DNA from: an uncultured Muribaculaceae bacterium | Lineage (GTDB): Bacteria > Bacillota_I > Bacilli_A > RF39 > UBA660 | Assembly: GCA_964616495.1 (NCBI GenBank) | Contig: CAZTRF010000003.1 | Location: 1 to 45,970 of the forward strand | Length of the DNA: 45,970 nucleotides | Direction: 5' to 3' | Shown: positions 44,524 to 45,970 of the stretch, piece by piece | Layout of the letters: the number at the start of each line of letters is the position of its first letter | Position numbering within the stretch: the stretch's first letter is position 1 | Notes under the pieces: model-generated | Seen by the model: the letters and a program-made list of their open reading frames with translations, nothing else | The model's database searches: none | What the model was told of the DNA's origin: nothing | Made by a program: the position numbers and the translations under genes

Positions 44524-45777
44524 ATGAAAATGCCTTTTAAAGAAGGAAATATTTTATTACCAAAAAATGTAGATATGACAAAATGGAGTGTTATTGCTTG
44601 TGATCAATATACCTCTGATCCGGCTTATTGGAAAGAAGTAGAAACACTAGTAGGAGAAAAACCTTCTACTTTAAAAATTACTTTACCCGAAATATACTTA
44701 GAAAATGATGTTGAAAAAAGAATTGCGACCATAAATAAAAATATGGAAGAATTGGTTAAAGGAAATAATTTTATTGAATATCCAAATAGCTTGATTTATT
44801 TAGAAAGAAAACAAAGTGATGGCAGAATTAGAGAAGGAATAGTTGGGGTTCTTGACTTAGAAGATTATGATTTTAATAAAGGATCAAAAAGCTTGATTAG
44901 AGCTACTGAAAAAACGGTAGTTGATCGTATTCCGCCTCGAGTAAAGGTTAGAGAAAAAGCTTTATTGGAGTTACCTCATATTATGGTTTTAATTGATGAT
45001 GAAAATAAATCGATTATAGAGCCTTTAAAAAATAAGGTGAGTGATAAAGATGTTTTATATGACTTTGATTTAATGAAAAATGGCGGTCATGTGAAAGGCT
45101 ATTTGTTAAACAACAATCTTATAGAAAAAACCAAAAAGGGATTATTAAACTTATGTGATAAAGATTACTATCAAAAAAAATATGGCAGCAATGATATATT
45201 ATTATTTGCTATGGGAGATGGAAATCATTCGTTGGCTACTGCAAAAACTTGTTATGAAAACTTAAAAAAGACAATGGCCAAAGAAGAATATTTAAATCAT
45301 CCTGCCAGATATGCCTTAGTGGAAGTAGTCAATCTTTATAGCGAGGCTTTAGAGTTTGAAGCTATTCATCGAGTTTTATTTAATGTTAATGAAGAAGATT
45401 TATTTAAAAACTTAGAAGATTACTATGACATTTCTTTTGAACCAGTTGAAGGTCAAAAAATTGAGTATGTAACTCCTAACAAAAGTGGATACTTTTGGAT
45501 TAAAAATCCTAAATCAAATATTCCAGTAGGGTCATTACAAATGTTCTTAGATGAGTATTTATCTAAAAATAATATTAAAATTGATTATGTTCATGGTGAT
45601 GAAGAAACCAAGAGTTTAGGTATGAAAGAAGGTAATATGGCTTTTCTATTTGAAGCAATGAATAAAAATGATTTATTTAAAACGGTAATTATGGATGGGG
45701 CTTTACCTCGAAAAACATTTTCGATGGGGCATAGTGATGATAAAAGATTTTATTTAGAAGCGAGAAAAATAAGATGA
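44524..45777 (+). CDS. DUF1015 family protein
   Basis: 417 aa. The N-terminal MPFKEGNILLP...VIACDQYTS pattern and overall size match the DUF1015 family. Function unknown. Confidence 0.7.
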   Translation: MKMPFKEGNILLPKNVDMTKWSVIACDQYTSDPAYWKEVETLVGEKPSTLKITLPEIYLENDVEKRIATINKNMEELVKGNNFIEYPNSLIYLERKQSDGRIREGIVGVLDLEDYDFNKGSKSLIRATEKTVVDRIPPRVKVREKALLELPHIMVLIDDENKSIIEPLKNKVSDKDVLYDFDLMKNGGHVKGYLLNNNLIEKTKKGLLNLCDKDYYQKKYGSNDILLFAMGDGNHSLATAKTCYENLKKTMAKEEYLNHPARYALVEVVNLYSEALEFEAIHRVLFNVNEEDLFKNLEDYYDISFEPVEGQKIEYVTPNKSGYFWIKNPKSNIPVGSLQMFLDEYLSKNNIKIDYVHGDEETKSLGMKEGNMAFLFEAMNKNDLFKTVIMDGALPRKTFSMGHSDDKRFYLEARKIR

Positions 45778-45909
45778 TTTAATAATTATCTTATTTTTAT
45801 GTAAAAGATTTACATAAAATATACAAAACAAATTGATTTAAGAAAGATAAGATGCTAAACTAAAAATAGAAAAGATAACGATAGTTATTAAAATAAGGGA
45901 GGTGAAGAA

Positions 45910-45970
45910 ATGGCAATGATACATGTAGATCCAGAAGGAATAAATGAATTAAAGAATTCATTTGGAACAG
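45910..45970 (+). CDS. WXG100 (EsxA-like) type VII secretion substrate, 5' partial
   Basis: GGGAGGTGA RBS. MAMIHVDPEGINELKNSFGT resembles the S. aureus EsxA N-terminus as I recall it (MAMIKMSPEEIRAKSQSYG). The ORF runs off the window. Confidence 0.45.
   Translation, partial: MAMIHVDPEGINELKNSFGT

Overview
Visibly AT-rich chromosomal window from an endospore-forming, low-GC Firmicute; the taxonomy is inferred from the gerA-type operon, a cwlJ homologue, SipW/TasA-type genes and Lys/Asn/Ile-rich proteins. Contents from left to right follow. (1) 61-5836: cell-envelope genes, namely a polytopic membrane protein, a GT4 glycosyltransferase, two lipoproteins, an RDD protein, a UPF0104 flippase-like protein and a NUDIX hydrolase. 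(2) 5880-12532: an N-acetylmuramoyl-L-alanine amidase/LysM gene cut in two by a 5,465-bp element. The element carries a large serine recombinase, an XRE repressor, winged-helix proteins, an AbiEi antitoxin and a truncated AbiEii toxin. Its att sites can be read to the base, and excision would rebuild the catalytic DPGHGG motif. (3) 12556-20662: cwlJ, tRNA-Trp, housekeeping genes, and trpS preceded by a Trp-rich leader peptide plus terminator instead of a recognisable T-box. (4) 20667-22965: an orphan class B sortase and a TMEM43-like protein. (5) 23031-40821, the most unusual region: a two-operon cluster with two SipW-type signal peptidases and six TasA/camelysin-like paralogues, five of which carry a YAWF-like SipW-cognate N-terminus. 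One of the five is a 2,657-aa BspA-LRR giant. Between the two modules lies a membrane-anchored McrB-like AAA+ protein with a McrC/DUF2357-like partner in which I see no nuclease motif, translationally coupled to the fibre genes. (6) 40798-45970: a gerA-type germinant receptor operon, a DUF1015 protein and the start of a WXG100 gene. No rRNA or CRISPR array was seen. All family calls rest on motif recognition by eye; no database search was run.
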